Shown here one piece after another: positions 23,811-31,848 of a stretch of 32,000 bases of DNA (its first letter is position 1; each line of letters opens with the position of its first letter). The notes beneath the pieces are model-generated. The model ran no database searches and was not told where the DNA came from. It saw only the letters and a program-made list of their open reading frames with translations. The DNA lies in the NCBI RefSeq assembly GCF_000008465.1, contig NC_006512.1:60001-92000 (forward strand). The letters run 5' to 3'. This DNA comes from Idiomarina loihiensis L2TR (GTDB lineage Bacteria; Pseudomonadota; Gammaproteobacteria; Enterobacterales; Alteromonadaceae). A program made the translations under genes and the position numbers.

Positions 23811-24659
23811 ATGTTGAAGCTGAAAACCTTAATTGCCGGCTTAGTGTTGTGCTTATTGAGTGCCTCCGCGCAGGCCGAAATTCTCTACAAGGTGACAAAA
23901 GAAGACCAGACTATTTGGGTATACGGCACGCTGCACGCCGCCAAAAAAGACTTAATTAAGCTGTCTGAAACGGCAGAAAATGCATTGAAAAACAGTGAAA
24001 CCGTGTGGTTTGAGGTACATCCGGAGAAAATTCAAAGTGCTCAAGCGTTGTTTATGCAGCATGCCCGGCGCTCCGAGGGTAAGTTATCTGACACGGTCGA
24101 TAGTGAAACCTGGCAGCAGCTCACTACGCAGGTTGAAAAGTATGGTATGAACGCCAGTGCGCTGGAACAGCTCAATGCCTGGTTCGCACAAATTGTCATT
24201 GTTTCGCAAGCCATTGCGCAATCCGGTTACACCGCCGAAGGTGGCTCTGAAGGAAAGCTATTTGAATTGGCAAGAAACTCGGACATACCAGTTAAAGGGC
24301 TAGAAACCGTCGAGCGACAAATAGATGCATTACGGGCGGCTCAAAGCGAATCTGGTGAGGGTGAATTGCTGGAGCAGACGCTTGCGGAAGTAGAAAAAAT
24401 TGAAGAAGTTTTTGCCGATATCCAGAAGACCTGGCTAGAGGGCGATCTTGATAAACTCACCCACTACTTAAACCAGAACCTACCTCCTAAGGCGTTAGAC
24501 GAGCTGATCACGAAACGCAACAATGAATGGATAACAAAACTCGCTAAGGTAAATGAAGCTGATACTGTATTCGTGGCCGTTGGGGCGGGGCACCTTGGTG
24601 GTCAGCAAGGCGTGCTTGAGCAATTTGAAAAGCAGGGCGCCGATATTCAAAAAATGTAG
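23811..24659 (+). CDS. TraB/GumN-family protein (secreted)
   Basis: Signal peptide MLKLKTLIAGLVLCLLSASAQA. The family motifs WVYGTLHA near the N-terminus and VAVGAGHLGGQQGVLEQFEKQG near the C-terminus are present. Confidence 0.8.
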   Translation: MLKLKTLIAGLVLCLLSASAQAEILYKVTKEDQTIWVYGTLHAAKKDLIKLSETAENALKNSETVWFEVHPEKIQSAQALFMQHARRSEGKLSDTVDSETWQQLTTQVEKYGMNASALEQLNAWFAQIVIVSQAIAQSGYTAEGGSEGKLFELARNSDIPVKGLETVERQIDALRAAQSESGEGELLEQTLAEVEKIEEVFADIQKTWLEGDLDKLTHYLNQNLPPKALDELITKRNNEWITKLAKVNEADTVFVAVGAGHLGGQQGVLEQFEKQGADIQKM

Positions 24660-24699
24660 GAGATAGTCGCCATTACAGCTGGTTAACGACGTAATCAAA

Positions 24700-24717
24700 C
24701 TGTCATTTAAAGTCAGT
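24700..24717 (+). promoter_or_regulatory. Candidate Pho box upstream of phoX
   Basis: CTGTCATTTAAAGTCAGT: the first heptamer matches the Pho-box repeat CTGTCAT exactly. The second (AAGTCAG) matches 4/7 and its spacing is off by one. It lies 69-86 bp upstream of the ATG at 24786. Confidence 0.3.
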
Positions 24718-24785
24718 ACTATTGCCTGTTCGAAAATATAACGCTGAGCTTGTTAAGCCAGAGGTTTCAGAACGGGGAAGACGGC

Positions 24786-26783
24786 ATGACCATGAAAGAG
24801 AAAAAGCTGAAGATTGATATTTCAGGCGTTGATCCAATTTGTAATAAGTCAAAAGGTGATGACTTTTACGATGTGGTGAATCGTCAGTTAAGCCGCCGCT
24901 CTTTCCTTAAAGGTGGTCTTGGCGTTGCTGTCAGCTCCTTTATGTTATCGCCTTTAATGGCGGGTTGTACGTCCTCTAAAGGCACTGCCCGTTCATCTGC
25001 GGGGCTTGGTTTTCAGGCCATTGCCGGCAACCGAACCGATGTTGTTGATGTACCCGTTGGGTATCGTGCTCAGCCTTTTCTGCCCTGGGGTACGCCACTT
25101 GTGCCTGGTGCCGGTGAGTTTAAAACTGACGCAAGCAATTCGGCATTAGATCAGGCGCGGCAGGTTGGCTCGCATCACGACGGTATGCATTTCTTTCCCA
25201 TAGACGTGAAAGAAGGTGGCGCTTCCTCGAAAGAAGGGCTGCTGGTGATGAACCATGAATACGTCGATCCGCAAATTCTGCACGCCAGTTTTTCTCCTAA
25301 TGCACCACGCCCGCAGCAGGAAGTGCTGAAAGAGATGATGGCACATGGTGTATCGGTAGCTCATATTATTCGTAAACCCGATGGCGAATGGCAGCTTGTT
25401 GAGGGCAGCCCATACAACCGTCGAATTACCGCAAGTACCCCAATGCAAATGAGCGGGCCTGTTGCCGGTCATGACAAGCTGGTAACCCGCTTTAGCCCTG
25501 ACGGCACCAAGACTCGCGGAACCATTAATAACTGTTCGCATGGCCATACGCCCTGGGGCACTTATTTAACCTGCGAAGAAAACTGGGCGGGCTGTTTCAT
25601 GAACGATGACGATACTCATCCTCGTGAGCATGAACGGTACGGTGTGAACCGCGAGAACAGTCGTTATTACTGGGAAACAGCAACGCCGGGTCTTGACGAA
25701 ACCCTGCGCTTTAATGCCTCTTCTACCGGTTCTACGGCCGCGGATGATTACCGGAATGAACCGAACCACTTTGGCTGGATTGTTGAAATAGACCCTTTCA
25801 ATGCTAAAAGTACACCGGTTAAACGAAGCATGCTGGGTCGCTTTGCTCATGAAGGTATTGTGTTTGCTCCGGCAGTGGAAGGAGAGCCGCTGGTGGCTTA
25901 TTCCGGCGATGATTCGCGCTTTGAGTATATTTATAAGTTTGTTTCGGCGAAGCCTTATTATAAAGCGACTGCCTCAGGCGAGCTGTTGAATGAAGGTACG
26001 CTGTACGTTGCGCAATTTAATGATGACGGAACGGGTCGCTGGCTGCCGTTAGATATTGAAAACTCAGAGTTCCAGGCAAAGGCCAGCGAAGCGGGCGTCG
26101 GGTTCCATTCTCAGGCCGATGTGCTGTTAAATACCCGGCTTGCGGCCGATGTTATGGGGGCGACGAAAATGGACCGTCCGGAATGGGGCGCTGTTCACCC
26201 AACGACCAAAGAAGTCTACTTCAGTTTAACCAATAACACCCGGCGTACTGAAGTGCAGACTAATGCTGTGAACCCGCGTGCAGAGAACGCTTACGGTCAT
26301 ATTGTGCGCTGGAGCGAAGACAACCAGCAAAGCGCTGAATCCTTTCACTGGGATATTTTCTTAATGGGCGGAGAAGCGGGTACCCGCACTCCAAATGCCG
26401 AAGGGAAAGACCTGACTCTAACGTCTAACAACCAGTTCGCCTGCCCGGATGGCTTGTGGTTTGATCATAGAGGCACGCTCTGGATCCAAACGGACATGAG
26501 TGGTGAGCTGTTAAGTGAGGGCAGTTTTGGTAATAACGGTATGTACGCTGCGAACCCTGAGTCTGGCGAGTTGAAGCGCTTTTTGGTGGGGCCTGTGGAT
26601 TGCGAAATTACCGGGGTGGTTACAACGCCCGACGGGAAAACCATGTTCGTGAATGTTCAGCACCCTGGTGACCGACTGGCGCCTGGTAAGTTTAGCAGTA
26701 GCTGGCCTGCCGGTAACGGTGCGCGTCCGCGTTCAGCAACGGTTATTATTACTCGTGAAGACGGCGGAGTCGTTGGAGCCTGA
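24786..26783 (+). CDS. phoX: PhoX-family alkaline phosphatase (Tat-exported)
   Basis: Twin-arginine motif SRRSFLKGGLGVAV. The beta-propeller PhoX/DUF839-type sequence includes GSHHDGMHFFP, MNHEY, TINNCSHGHTPWGTYLTCEEN, RFAHEGI, MDRPEWG and FVNVQHPG. ATG 24786 is chosen over the upstream TTG at 24750. Confidence 0.9.
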   Translation: MTMKEKKLKIDISGVDPICNKSKGDDFYDVVNRQLSRRSFLKGGLGVAVSSFMLSPLMAGCTSSKGTARSSAGLGFQAIAGNRTDVVDVPVGYRAQPFLPWGTPLVPGAGEFKTDASNSALDQARQVGSHHDGMHFFPIDVKEGGASSKEGLLVMNHEYVDPQILHASFSPNAPRPQQEVLKEMMAHGVSVAHIIRKPDGEWQLVEGSPYNRRITASTPMQMSGPVAGHDKLVTRFSPDGTKTRGTINNCSHGHTPWGTYLTCEENWAGCFMNDDDTHPREHERYGVNRENSRYYWETATPGLDETLRFNASSTGSTAADDYRNEPNHFGWIVEIDPFNAKSTPVKRSMLGRFAHEGIVFAPAVEGEPLVAYSGDDSRFEYIYKFVSAKPYYKATASGELLNEGTLYVAQFNDDGTGRWLPLDIENSEFQAKASEAGVGFHSQADVLLNTRLAADVMGATKMDRPEWGAVHPTTKEVYFSLTNNTRRTEVQTNAVNPRAENAYGHIVRWSEDNQQSAESFHWDIFLMGGEAGTRTPNAEGKDLTLTSNNQFACPDGLWFDHRGTLWIQTDMSGELLSEGSFGNNGMYAANPESGELKRFLVGPVDCEITGVVTTPDGKTMFVNVQHPGDRLAPGKFSSSWPAGNGARPRSATVIITREDGGVVGA

Positions 26784-26789
26784 AATAGC

Positions 26790-26816
26790 CAGCCGATCAG
26801 TTAATCTGATCGGCTG
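26790..26816. terminator. Bidirectional hairpin between phoX and ohr (CAGCCGATCAG-ttaat-CTGATCGGCTG)
   Basis: Perfect 11-bp stem between convergent genes. The flanking T/A tracts are weak. Confidence 0.6.
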
Positions 26817-26847
26817 AAACTCTGAATACCACGGGTGTTAGTCGCAG

Positions 26848-27267
26848 CTACACCGTAACGTTCAGGCGTACGTCGATGTTATTACGAGTCGCGTTTGAGT
26901 ACGGACAAACCTGGTGTGCTTTTTCAGCAAGAGATTCCGCTTCGTCCTGGCTCATGCCCGGTAAATGAATGTTCAGCGTGGCATCAATACCAAACCCGCC
27001 TTCAATCTGACCAATACCTATTTCGGCTTTAACTTCAGTGTCTTTGGGCAGTTTAACTTTTTCCTGACCCGCAGCGAACTTCAGTGCGCCGATAAAACAG
27101 GCTGAATAACCCGCCGCAAATAATTGCTCAGGGTTTGTACCATCACCGCCTGCGCCACCGAGTTCTTTAGGTGTTGTCAGTTTTACTTTCAGTTTGCCGT
27201 CGTCAGACTCTGACTGACCATCGCGTCCGCCGGTTGATGTTGCTACAGCTTTGTACAGAATATCCAT
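26848..27267 (-). CDS. ohr: Organic hydroperoxide resistance protein (OsmC/Ohr family)
   Basis: 139 aa. Both catalytic cysteines sit in typical Ohr contexts (AAGYSACFIGAL and HQVCPYSNATR). GAGG RBS. It lies immediately downstream of ohrR. Confidence 0.93.
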   Translation of the reverse strand: MDILYKAVATSTGGRDGQSESDDGKLKVKLTTPKELGGAGGDGTNPEQLFAAGYSACFIGALKFAAGQEKVKLPKDTEVKAEIGIGQIEGGFGIDATLNIHLPGMSQDEAESLAEKAHQVCPYSNATRNNIDVRLNVTV

Positions 27268-27328
27268 AACGATTACCTCACTATTTGGTGTGTTGGGAAC
27301 TAATACGCATAATGTTAGTGCAATAACA

Positions 27329-27378
27329 GTTATCGCGATAACAGTATTTTCCGAACGAAGTTATCGATATTTTCGATA
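27329..27378. promoter_or_regulatory. Two palindromic sites sharing the half-site TTATCG in the ohrR-ohr spacer (candidate OhrR operators)
   Basis: GTTATCGCGATAAC (27329-27342) is a perfect 14-bp palindrome embedded in the direct repeat ATAACAGT...ATAACAGT. GTTATCGA-tattt-TCGATAc follows at 27360-27379. Both lie 62-112 bp upstream of the ohr ATG. Confidence 0.4.
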
Positions 27379-27390
27379 CATCGGACTTGG

Positions 27391-27846
27391 CTAGTGGTCG
27401 GGCTTGTCTTGTAACTGCGCCCGCAGTGATTCAAGGGTGTGTTTTAAGGCAAGGGCCTCATCAGGCTCCAGTTGAGTGGCGCAGAAAACCTGCTCCGGAA
27501 CATCGCAGGCAGACTGTTCCAGTTGCCGACCTTGTTCGGTGAGGTATAAATGCAGTTGTCGCTCATCGTCGATATTGCGCTTTCGGGTTATTAGCCCGCG
27601 CTGCTCCAGCCGCTTAATAACCGGACTTAACGCGCCTTTTTCCTGAAACAACTTGCGGCTTATTTCCGTAATGGTCACGCCATCGCGCTCCCATAAAAGC
27701 AATAAAATAAGGTATTGCGGATAGGTCAAATCAAGCTTCGAGAGCAGCGGCTTGTAGAGCTTATTCATTGCTAGTGAGGTTGAGTACAACGCAAAGCAAA
27801 GCTGGTTATCCAGCCTGAGCGCTTTATTACTGTTATTGTCTGCCAT
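27391..27846 (-). CDS. ohrR: OhrR, MarR-family organic-peroxide-sensing repressor
   Basis: Sensing Cys in the conserved context LDNQLCFALYS. The winged-helix MarR core reads LTYPQYLILLLLWERDGVTITEISRKL. Additional C-terminal cysteines (SACDV, VFCATQ) suggest the 2-Cys type. The ATG at 27846, with AGGAG 5 nt upstream, is preferred over the TTG at 27873. Confidence 0.9.
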   Translation of the reverse strand: MADNNSNKALRLDNQLCFALYSTSLAMNKLYKPLLSKLDLTYPQYLILLLLWERDGVTITEISRKLFQEKGALSPVIKRLEQRGLITRKRNIDDERQLHLYLTEQGRQLEQSACDVPEQVFCATQLEPDEALALKHTLESLRAQLQDKPDH

Positions 27847-28024
27847 GCGTTGCTCCTGTGTCGTTTGTCTCAATGATACGCAAAGTCAGCTTACAAACAA
27901 AGTTTAGGGTTTATAGTTAAATAAGTTAATGTCTTATAGTAATACAAATTAACTTTGTGCGAATTAGGTTCGGGGTAGTCTCTAAAACTATTTCCCGGAT
28001 ACCTTAAACCAGGAATCATGTTAT

Positions 28025-29410
28025 ATGCCGAATAAATTAATGACTATGCTCGGGGGCTTTGTGCTGGCGGCTTCAGCTATTGGCTCTGCTGTGGCCGGAA
28101 ATCCTATTATTAAAGAACGCTTTACCGCCGACCCGGCAACCTTAGTGCATGACGGTGTGGTCTATCTGTATGTAGGCCATGACGAAGCTAAAGAAGACGG
28201 CGACTTTTTTGTCCTTCGCGAGTGGTCTATCTATTCGTCAGAAAACTTAAAGGACTGGACGCTGGAAGGCGCTTTTCCCCGCACGGAATTTGAGTGGGCA
28301 AAAGGCGATACCGCCTGGGCTGCCCAGGCGACTGAACGAGACGGTAAGTTTTACTGGTATGTAACCGTACTAAACGACGACCCCGCTCCGGAAAAACAAG
28401 GTTTTGCGATAGGAGTGGCGGTGTCGGATGACCCGGTTAATGGTTGGAAAGACGCAATAGGCGGGCCATTGATAACCGCTGATATGACAGAATCGCCTGA
28501 ATTTATGAAGGATGAGCCGTGGGACAATATCGACCCAACTGTATTTATTGATGATGACGGACAAGCGTATTTGTATTGGGGGAACACGCACCTCTACTAC
28601 GCACGTCTGAAAGACAATATGACCGAACTGGACAGCGAAATTCATAAAGTTGATATCAATAACATGCCAGGTACCTTCACTGAGGCGCCGTGGCTGCATA
28701 AATACCAGGATAAATATTACCTGACATTTGCGATGAATTATCCTGAAGAGCTGGCGTATGCGGTAAGTGACTCGCCTGAAGGGCCGTGGGAATATCAGGG
28801 GCTGATAATGGATGTGTTACCTGATAGCGGAACTAGCCATCAGGCTGTTCTTGAGTTCGAAGAGCAGTGGTATTTGGTTTATCACACCGCCGCGCTGCCA
28901 ACGGGTGGGAATTATCGTCGTTCGGTTTCGATAGAACATCTTGAGTACAATGAGGACGGCAGCATCCAGAAAATTACCCCAACGGCGTCGGGTATTCACT
29001 ACAATGCGAAACAGTTGCAGGCCTTTTCAAATAAAGAGTTTCTGACTTATCAGGGTGACGGTGCCGCTGTTGCTGCAGGTGAGAAAGAAAACTATAGCCA
29101 GCTGTGGCATCTGCAGTCGTTACGCGGTGAGAAGAATACGGTTTCGTTTCAGCCTGAAGCATCACCTGGTTTCTACCTTGTTTCGGAAAACGGTAAGTTA
29201 ACCGTAAGCAAGCATGATGGCTCAGACAGTTTTATCGCCAACGCGACCTTTAAGCAAGTTGAAGGCCTGTCCAATAGTGAGTGGTCTTCTTATCATTTGG
29301 CAGATAAGCCAGAGGTCTATCTGGTATTACATGAAGGCAGTCTGAAGCTGAGTAAACCTTCGTCTAATGAAGAGAAAGAGGCGGCGACTTTCCGGCCTTC
29401 TGCACCTTGA
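28025..29410 (+). CDS. Glycoside hydrolase family 43 with a C-terminal AbfB/CBM42-like module (secreted)
   Basis: Signal peptide MPNKLMTMLGGFVLAASAIGSAVAG. The GH43 five-bladed-propeller motifs are present: NPIIKERFTADPATLVHDGVVYLYVGHDE, AWAAQATERDGKFYWYV, IDPTVFIDDDGQAYLYWGN and TEAPWLHKYQDKYYL. The C-terminal ~130 aa (SQLWHLQS..., SPGFYLVSENGKL) resembles arabinofuranosidase-B-type binding domains. This last assignment is tentative. Confidence 0.88.
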   Translation: MPNKLMTMLGGFVLAASAIGSAVAGNPIIKERFTADPATLVHDGVVYLYVGHDEAKEDGDFFVLREWSIYSSENLKDWTLEGAFPRTEFEWAKGDTAWAAQATERDGKFYWYVTVLNDDPAPEKQGFAIGVAVSDDPVNGWKDAIGGPLITADMTESPEFMKDEPWDNIDPTVFIDDDGQAYLYWGNTHLYYARLKDNMTELDSEIHKVDINNMPGTFTEAPWLHKYQDKYYLTFAMNYPEELAYAVSDSPEGPWEYQGLIMDVLPDSGTSHQAVLEFEEQWYLVYHTAALPTGGNYRRSVSIEHLEYNEDGSIQKITPTASGIHYNAKQLQAFSNKEFLTYQGDGAAVAAGEKENYSQLWHLQSLRGEKNTVSFQPEASPGFYLVSENGKLTVSKHDGSDSFIANATFKQVEGLSNSEWSSYHLADKPEVYLVLHEGSLKLSKPSSNEEKEAATFRPSAP

Positions 29411-29502
29411 ATATAATAAAAAGAGTCCCATGTTTTCCTTAACAAGCCGTGCGTTCATCGTTTTTCTATGTAGCACGGGTATTCAGAAAAAAGGAGCAGC
29501 TT

Positions 29503-30297
29503 ATGCACATTGATCTGAACGGAAAACACGCCATTATTACTGGCTCTACAGCCGGTATTGGCTTTGCAATTGCCGAAGGGCTCGCCAAGGCTGGTGCTAA
29601 TGTTGTGATCACCGGGCGTACTCAACAGCGGGTTGATGAAGCCATCGCCAAGATTAAAAAAGCGGCTCCTGATGCTGGCATTGAAGGTGTCGCAGCCGAT
29701 CTTGGAACCGCGGAAGGTTGTAAAACTCTGACTGAACAGCAACCAGACACTGATATTTTGGTTAATAATGTCGGTATTTTCGGACCTGAGGACTTCTTTG
29801 AGGTGGATGATGATACCTGGCAGCAATTTTTCGATGTGAACGTGATGAGTGCGGTGAGACTCTCGCGCCATTATGCGAAAGGCATGAAGGAGCGTGACTG
29901 GGGGCGTATTCAGTTTATATCCAGTGAATCGGGCATTAATATTCCTAGTGAAATGGTGCATTACGGCATGACAAAATCAGCGCTGTTGTCCATTTCCCGG
30001 GGGTTGGCGAAAGTACTTAGCGGCACTCAAGTGACAGTTAACGCCATACTGCCCGGACCCACACGCTCAGAAGGCGTGCTTAATATGCTTAAAGACATGG
30101 CTGAGGAAGAGGGCGTTTCACAGGAAACAATAGAGTCCCGCTTTGTTCAGGAGAACCGGCCTTCGTCCATTATTCAGCGCTTAGCAACGCCTGAAGAGGT
30201 TGCTAATATGAGTGTTTACGTGGCATCGCCGCAGGCCAGCGCCACTACCGGCGCAGCGCTGCGAGTCGAAGGCGGTATTGTCGATACCTTAACTTAG
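29503..30297 (+). CDS. SDR-family oxidoreductase
   Basis: The ATG at 29503 is preceded by AAGGAG (29491-29496); the track ORF starts at a GTG at 29449. Rossmann motif TGSTAGIGFA, NNVG, and catalytic S...YGMTK (YxxxK). Confidence 0.9.
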   Translation: MHIDLNGKHAIITGSTAGIGFAIAEGLAKAGANVVITGRTQQRVDEAIAKIKKAAPDAGIEGVAADLGTAEGCKTLTEQQPDTDILVNNVGIFGPEDFFEVDDDTWQQFFDVNVMSAVRLSRHYAKGMKERDWGRIQFISSESGINIPSEMVHYGMTKSALLSISRGLAKVLSGTQVTVNAILPGPTRSEGVLNMLKDMAEEEGVSQETIESRFVQENRPSSIIQRLATPEEVANMSVYVASPQASATTGAALRVEGGIVDTLT

Positions 30298-30300
30298 CCT

Positions 30301-31110
30301 TTAGGCCGCGTTGTTATAGGCGCGACGGCGCCGACGAAAGCGACTTAAGCGAGCTGGCTGAGCATCCGAGAATGTGTATTTCATCAGCGACAGCTCGCCG
30401 TCATGGTTTTCAAACAGAGCCGTGCAATTTTCCACCCAGTCACCGGTATTGGCGTACAGTAAGCCGTCAGACTCAACCAATTCTGGGTGATGAATGTGTC
30501 CGCATACAATACCGTCTAAACCACGCTTTTTAGTTTCGCGGAATGAGGCCGCCCGATAGCGGCCAATGACTTCTTCGGCTTTACCAATTTGGCTTTTCAC
30601 GTAGGCCGACAATGACCAGTAATTGTGGCCAAACAGGTTGCGAATGCGGTTTGTTGTTCGGTTAAGCCACAGTAAGAAGTCATAAAGATGGTCGCCAACA
30701 AACGACAGCCAGCGGCTATGGCAGGTTTCGGCATCAAACGCGTCGCCGTGCATTACCAGCAAACGTTTGTTGTCAGCGGTAGTATGAATAGCCTGACGTT
30801 GAATGCGAATACTGGCCACATCTGGATGGCGATATTTACGCATAACTTCGTCATGGTTGCCGGGAATGTAGATAACCTCGACACCGTTACGTGCCATTGC
30901 CAGTATTTGCTGAAGTACCTTATGATGCTGATCCGGCCAAAATATCTGCCGTTTCATTGCCCAAAAGTCGACAATGTCGCCAACCAGATACAACCGCTCA
31001 ATATCAACGCGTTTGAGCAGGTGAAGCAGAAATTCGGCTTTGCAATCTTTAGAGCCAAGGTGTACGTCGGAAATAAACAAAGTTCGGGCGTTCAAGCGAG
31101 CCTGAGGCAT
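30301..31110 (-). CDS. LpxH-family metallophosphoesterase (UDP-2,3-diacylglucosamine diphosphatase-like)
   Basis: All calcineurin-like motifs are present: FISDVHLG, LVGDIVDFW, IPGNHDE, VMHGDAFD and CGHIHHP. The N-terminus resembles the LpxH/COG2908 family. Whether it is the housekeeping LpxH or a paralog cannot be decided here. Confidence 0.8.
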   Translation of the reverse strand: MPQARLNARTLFISDVHLGSKDCKAEFLLHLLKRVDIERLYLVGDIVDFWAMKRQIFWPDQHHKVLQQILAMARNGVEVIYIPGNHDEVMRKYRHPDVASIRIQRQAIHTTADNKRLLVMHGDAFDAETCHSRWLSFVGDHLYDFLLWLNRTTNRIRNLFGHNYWSLSAYVKSQIGKAEEVIGRYRAASFRETKKRGLDGIVCGHIHHPELVESDGLLYANTGDWVENCTALFENHDGELSLMKYTFSDAQPARLSRFRRRRRAYNNAA

Positions 31111-31148
31111 AACGATCTCCCACTGTGGGTTTCGTCCATACTCCTCTG

Positions 31149-31181
31149 CTTAAATGAACCGCCGTTGACAGTTCATTTAAG
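31149..31181. other. Perfect 11-bp-stem hairpin in the spacer upstream of the LpxH-family gene
   Basis: CTTAAATGAAC-cgccgttgaca-GTTCATTTAAG. It lies 39-71 nt upstream of the LpxH-family ATG (minus strand) and 61 nt downstream of the stop of the 75-aa ORF. There is no clean T-tract on the minus strand. Confidence 0.35.
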
Positions 31182-31241
31182 CTTTTGTGACATCGGCAGA
31201 CTATTTGCGACAAGATCAGCTTTATTATGAATGGCATAAAG

Positions 31242-31469
31242 TCAGGAAGCATTGTGCACCGGCTCAGGCATTAACCAGGCATAATCTTTAAAACGCTCAT
31301 AGAGCCTGATACTCCGATCTAGCGTGCTTGTTCTACTTTTTGCCATGACGTCCCTGTCTATTGGGTAATGCGAATATGAAACCCGAAAACCATAAACCGG
31401 ACAAGCATCTTTACAGTAATCATACATGAGAACCAAGGGGCGCTTGATTCCCCGACGACTTTTGACCAT
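31242..31469 (-). CDS. Hypothetical small protein (75 aa as drawn; coding status uncertain)
   Basis: Supported only by an open frame. The RBS at the first ATG is weak. An internal ATG at 31346 (MAKSRTSTLDRSIRLYERFKDYAWLMPE...) has AGGGA upstream. No family recognised. Confidence 0.3.
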   Translation of the reverse strand: MVKSRRGIKRPLVLMYDYCKDACPVYGFRVSYSHYPIDRDVMAKSRTSTLDRSIRLYERFKDYAWLMPEPVHNAS

Positions 31470-31518
31470 GCTTATTTTAATTAAGTTACTGAGTAACGGT
31501 AAAAACTTGGAGGTTTAA

Positions 31519-31809
31519 ATGGATAACAAAGACGCATTTGAGAAAAAGCACGAAGCAAAAATAGAAGAAATGAAAGCTGAGATTGACCGCTTAAAAGCGA
31601 AAGCAAAGCAGTCGGAAGCGGAGTCTGAAATTAAGTATGAAGAAAAAATTAGTGAACTTGAAGCGTTAAGAAATGATGCAGAAACTAAGCTGGAAGAAGT
31701 TAAGAAATCCAGCAAAGACGCATGGTCTGACGTTAGTAAGGGACTTGAGTCGGCAACAGAGTCTTTATCAACGGCGCTGAAATCGGCCAGTCAGCAATTT
31801 AAAAAATAA
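31519..31809 (+). CDS. Small coiled-coil protein (96 aa, K/E-rich), function unknown
   Basis: GGAGG lies 6 nt upstream of the ATG. The charged heptad-like sequence KIEEMKAEIDRLKAKAKQSEAESEIKYEEKISELEALRNDAETKLEEVKK is followed by a hairpin. Confidence 0.65.
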   Translation: MDNKDAFEKKHEAKIEEMKAEIDRLKAKAKQSEAESEIKYEEKISELEALRNDAETKLEEVKKSSKDAWSDVSKGLESATESLSTALKSASQQFKK

Positions 31810-31818
31810 AGGGTTTAG

Positions 31819-31848
31819 GGGTGGCTACTTGCTGGCTGTTAGCCACCC
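31819..31848. terminator. Hairpin between convergent genes (GGGTGGCTA-12 nt-TAGCCACCC)
   Basis: 9-bp stem starting 10 nt after the coiled-coil gene stop. It overlaps the 3' end of the minus-strand partial ORF. A T-rich run (tttatttttt) follows on the minus strand. Confidence 0.4.

Noticed and set aside
25146-25989. Antisense or out-of-frame ORFs within phoX
   Set aside because: They are embedded in a full-length PhoX gene with a Tat signal, and they have no independent signals.
29455-31230. Long antisense ORFs of 168 aa (29455-29961, minus) and 180 aa (30688-31230, plus)
   Set aside because: Each is fully embedded opposite a gene with complete family motifs (SDR; LpxH-type phosphoesterase). 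The translations have no recognisable motifs and no convincing SD. Length alone is not evidence at this GC content.
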